A stretch of DNA of 64,000 bases, from contig NC_058368.1 in NCBI RefSeq assembly GCF_018350175.1, positions 224,938,001 to 225,002,000 on the forward strand, read 5' to 3'. The notes below the pieces were generated by a model, which was not told the DNA's origin, searched no databases, and saw nothing but the letters and a program-made list of their open reading frames with translations. Shown here one piece after another: positions 61,367 through 64,000 of the stretch (position 1 is the first letter of the stretch; each line of letters starts with the position of its first letter). The position numbers and the translations under genes are program-made. The DNA comes from Felis catus. Its lineage: Eukaryota.

Positions 61367-62869
61367 AAAAATAAAGAAATACCTCACTGTTTGCTGTTGA
61401 TCAGAATTTGCCTACAAGGGCAGGAAAAAAAATGACATTTTTTTATTGTTTACATTTTTTTTTTCTGTAAAAAGGACCGATGAAAGGGCTCTAATGACCC
61501 ACTAAACGAAGAATTGGTTCAGGTACTTGTTTGTACCTTGAGGACGAGCTTCAGGAAGTTCCAATTTTATGCTCTCCCCAAAATGAACTCAAATAGGAGT
61601 CTTCGCTGATATTATTTTATCTATTTTTTGTTTGTAACACAATCCAAAAGAGATGAGAGTACATTTGTTCTCAGTTAATTTTCAGATCGCTCCAGAAAAT
61701 ATCCAATATTGTGTTTCTTTGTGCATTGTTCAAAGGCTGCCATGGTGGTTTGGAGGAGACAAAAGGCATCCCCTAGTGAACGTGGCTGTTCCTCTAGGGG
61801 AAACTTCTACCCATCTAATAGCTATTTTAAGCTGTTGAAGATGCATTACCGCAGGCTGCAATTACTCCGTGAATTCCAATTTGAACTGAAGTCTCATCTC
61901 TCAAGGGTGTAATCCTAGGGTCACATTTCCTTTTCCAGGCAAAGTAAACCATCTCTTTGGCAATGAAGGTCCACTGCAAGAAATATCAGACAATCAAAGT
62001 TGCTCTTCATTTTTAAGTAAATAAAATTATCTTTAAAAAATAAGCAATCTGAAATTCACCAAAACAGTAACCTACAGTGATAATAAGAGCAAATCAGCCC
62101 CCCCACACACACACATACACACACCCACAATCAGTAATTATGGTCAAATGTTGAATAACGATCATGTTTAACTAAGGAAGATCCTTTAAGCATATCTATG
62201 TGGTGCTGAAAGAAATCTTACGGAAATCTATGATCTTTAAAACTTCAAACGGGCTTTTATAAATCAATAACGCCATGTCTTCATGCAGCAATTATCATTT
62301 ACTGTAGTCGTCTTCTTCCAAAATTAATGTTCCAAATGCCTTGATGCCTTTTTCAATCGAGTGGACAGATGCTCCAGACTTGAGATGCCCTCTCAGCTTT
62401 TTGGTCTTTCCCCATGGTCTTCATCCCGTTCCAAGGAGACCACAAAAGCCCCTGACTCTGCATGTGACCCATCCAATAGTGTGAATATTCACGAGCCCAG
62501 AGGGCATGCACATTAAGCACAGTCGGGCATCTTGTTTGGATTTGGTTCCCAAGTGAAACAGCCAACTTACAGGTTTCCAGAAAAACATCTCCTCTGTTTA
62601 AATGTCCTTCTCTTGTCTTCTATCTCTTCCACTATAACAGAGGTTGATCAGTTTTGCTAAAGAGAAAGCTAAACAAGCTCTCAAAAATAAGGTATCAAAA
62701 ATTATCACCTTTACAAAGATGATACAACTGACCTGTGTAGAAACAGATTTTCGCCCGTGGCTCTGGACTGTGAAGATTTATTCATTTGGATCTTCTCTTA
62801 TGCTCCATACCGTTGTGACAGTGTTTACCTGGATGGTGCCATTTTTTTTTCCCCCAAACCCTGAGCCAC

Positions 62870-63500
62870 CGCTTAAGGTCAGGTGACCATCCTCTGTCAC
62901 CTGGTCTACTGCACCACCTTCTAACTGGCCTCCCAAACCCTAGTCTTGCCCCCTCTTTCACGTAGTAACCCATCCTCAGTCATGAGAATTCCAAACTGTC
63001 TAACCAGTTGATGGGGTCTTTCCCATTCTAGCCCCTCATCATGCTGGGGGCCACATCACTCCTTTCTCCCTGCTTTGTAACCCAAGCCCTAGAAATACTG
63101 CGATTCCTTTTGTTTCTAGAACATATCGCATTCTCTTCCCCATAGGTTTACAGGGATTTTGCCCCAGTCTGACTAAACACCCCTGCCTCTCCTCGTTTCT
63201 GGGCCAAGCCCTTTTACACCTTTGAGAACGGAGCATAATTTTCATTTCCTCCCCTGCGATGTTCTAGGTCTTTCTTCCTTACCTAAAGGCCCAAAAAGTC
63301 TCTACTGTGAGTACTAGAGATGTATTTTTATATCACATTTTACATGATGGGCTTAATCCTCTCTTCCTTCCATGAGAGCAATGCCCTATCTATCTTGCAC
63401 ACTGTCATAATACCAACACACAGGCTAGTATTTACAGAAGGAATGACTGCTTGATCAGCTGGGTGAAAAAAATGGAAGGATAGAATGGCTGGATGAATAG
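62870..63500 (+). mobile_element. L2 fragment
   Basis: 'tcacctggtctactgcaccaccttctaactggcctccc', 'ttccatgagagcaatgccctatctatcttgcacactg'. Confidence 0.6.
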
Positions 63501-63911
63501 ATTTTTTTTTTTTTTTAATGTGTGGATTTAGGATGACCATCTGAGAAAGCAGCAGAGACAGAACTTGTAACGGCATCTTTAAAAACATTAACACATCTTT
63601 CAAAACATTCCACTGATGTCCATGCACATGGCTTTGATAAGGTGACATACTTATTACAAATTAAAAAAAAGTTTATAATCTCATTTATATAATCAAGTTT
63701 TAAAGAGATGACTTAAAAATATTTAGGTATTCATTTGGGGCATATGACAGTGACTGGGCTAGTACCTGATGATAATTAGATAACATTTACTGTTTCTTTC
63801 CTTAAGGAATCTACAGGCTAGAGATGTGTTATACCATGAACTTTTTAAAGAAAAAAAAAGTCTTTGTAAAGCAAAAACATTAAGTCATAATAATTCTGCA
63901 TTTGTCTTTCT

Positions 63912-64000
63912 TAATTTTTTTAATGTTTATTTTTGAGAGAGAGGGAGACAGAGTGCAAGTGGTGAAGGGGCAGAGAGAGAGGGAGACACAGAATCCAAAA
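63912..64000 (-). mobile_element. Can-SINE 3' part, truncated by window end
   Basis: 'tttttttaatgtttatttttgagagagagggagacagagtgcaag...gggagacacagaatcc'. Confidence 0.9.

Overview
Mammalian genomic DNA from a felid/feliform carnivore, inferred from 21 tRNA-derived Can-SINE (SINEC_Fc-type) copies with A/B boxes, (CT)n and poly(A) tails, and from carnivore-type L1 3' ends. The window is AT-rich intronic or intergenic sequence dominated by interspersed repeats: Can-SINEs, L1, L2, a CR1/L3 remnant, MIR, MLT1 LTRs, and Tigger/MER47 and hAT MER elements. No protein-coding gene can be recognised. The ORF-track hits are SINE, microsatellite or L1-remnant translations or chance ORFs. The best observations seen directly in the sequence are: (1) a ~260 bp segment (33.9-34.2 kb) copied in inverted orientation into an MLT1A LTR ~1.3 kb away; (2) a ~132 bp internal MER47/Tigger5 fragment copied inverted into another MLT1 LTR ~0.9 kb from the full element; (3) a micro-scale inverted insertion inside a MER3; (4) three SINEs of different ages inserted sequentially into one ~17 bp target; (5) a tail-to-tail inverted SINE pair only ~60 bp apart. 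More speculative signals are three minus-strand ATG-to-phase-0-donor mini-exons in repeat-free islands (one with a TATA box), a plus-strand 9-nt microexon candidate and an AG|GTAAGT recursive-splice-like site. Repeat subfamily names come from recalled consensus sequences, not a database search, and the boundaries of old repeats are approximate.
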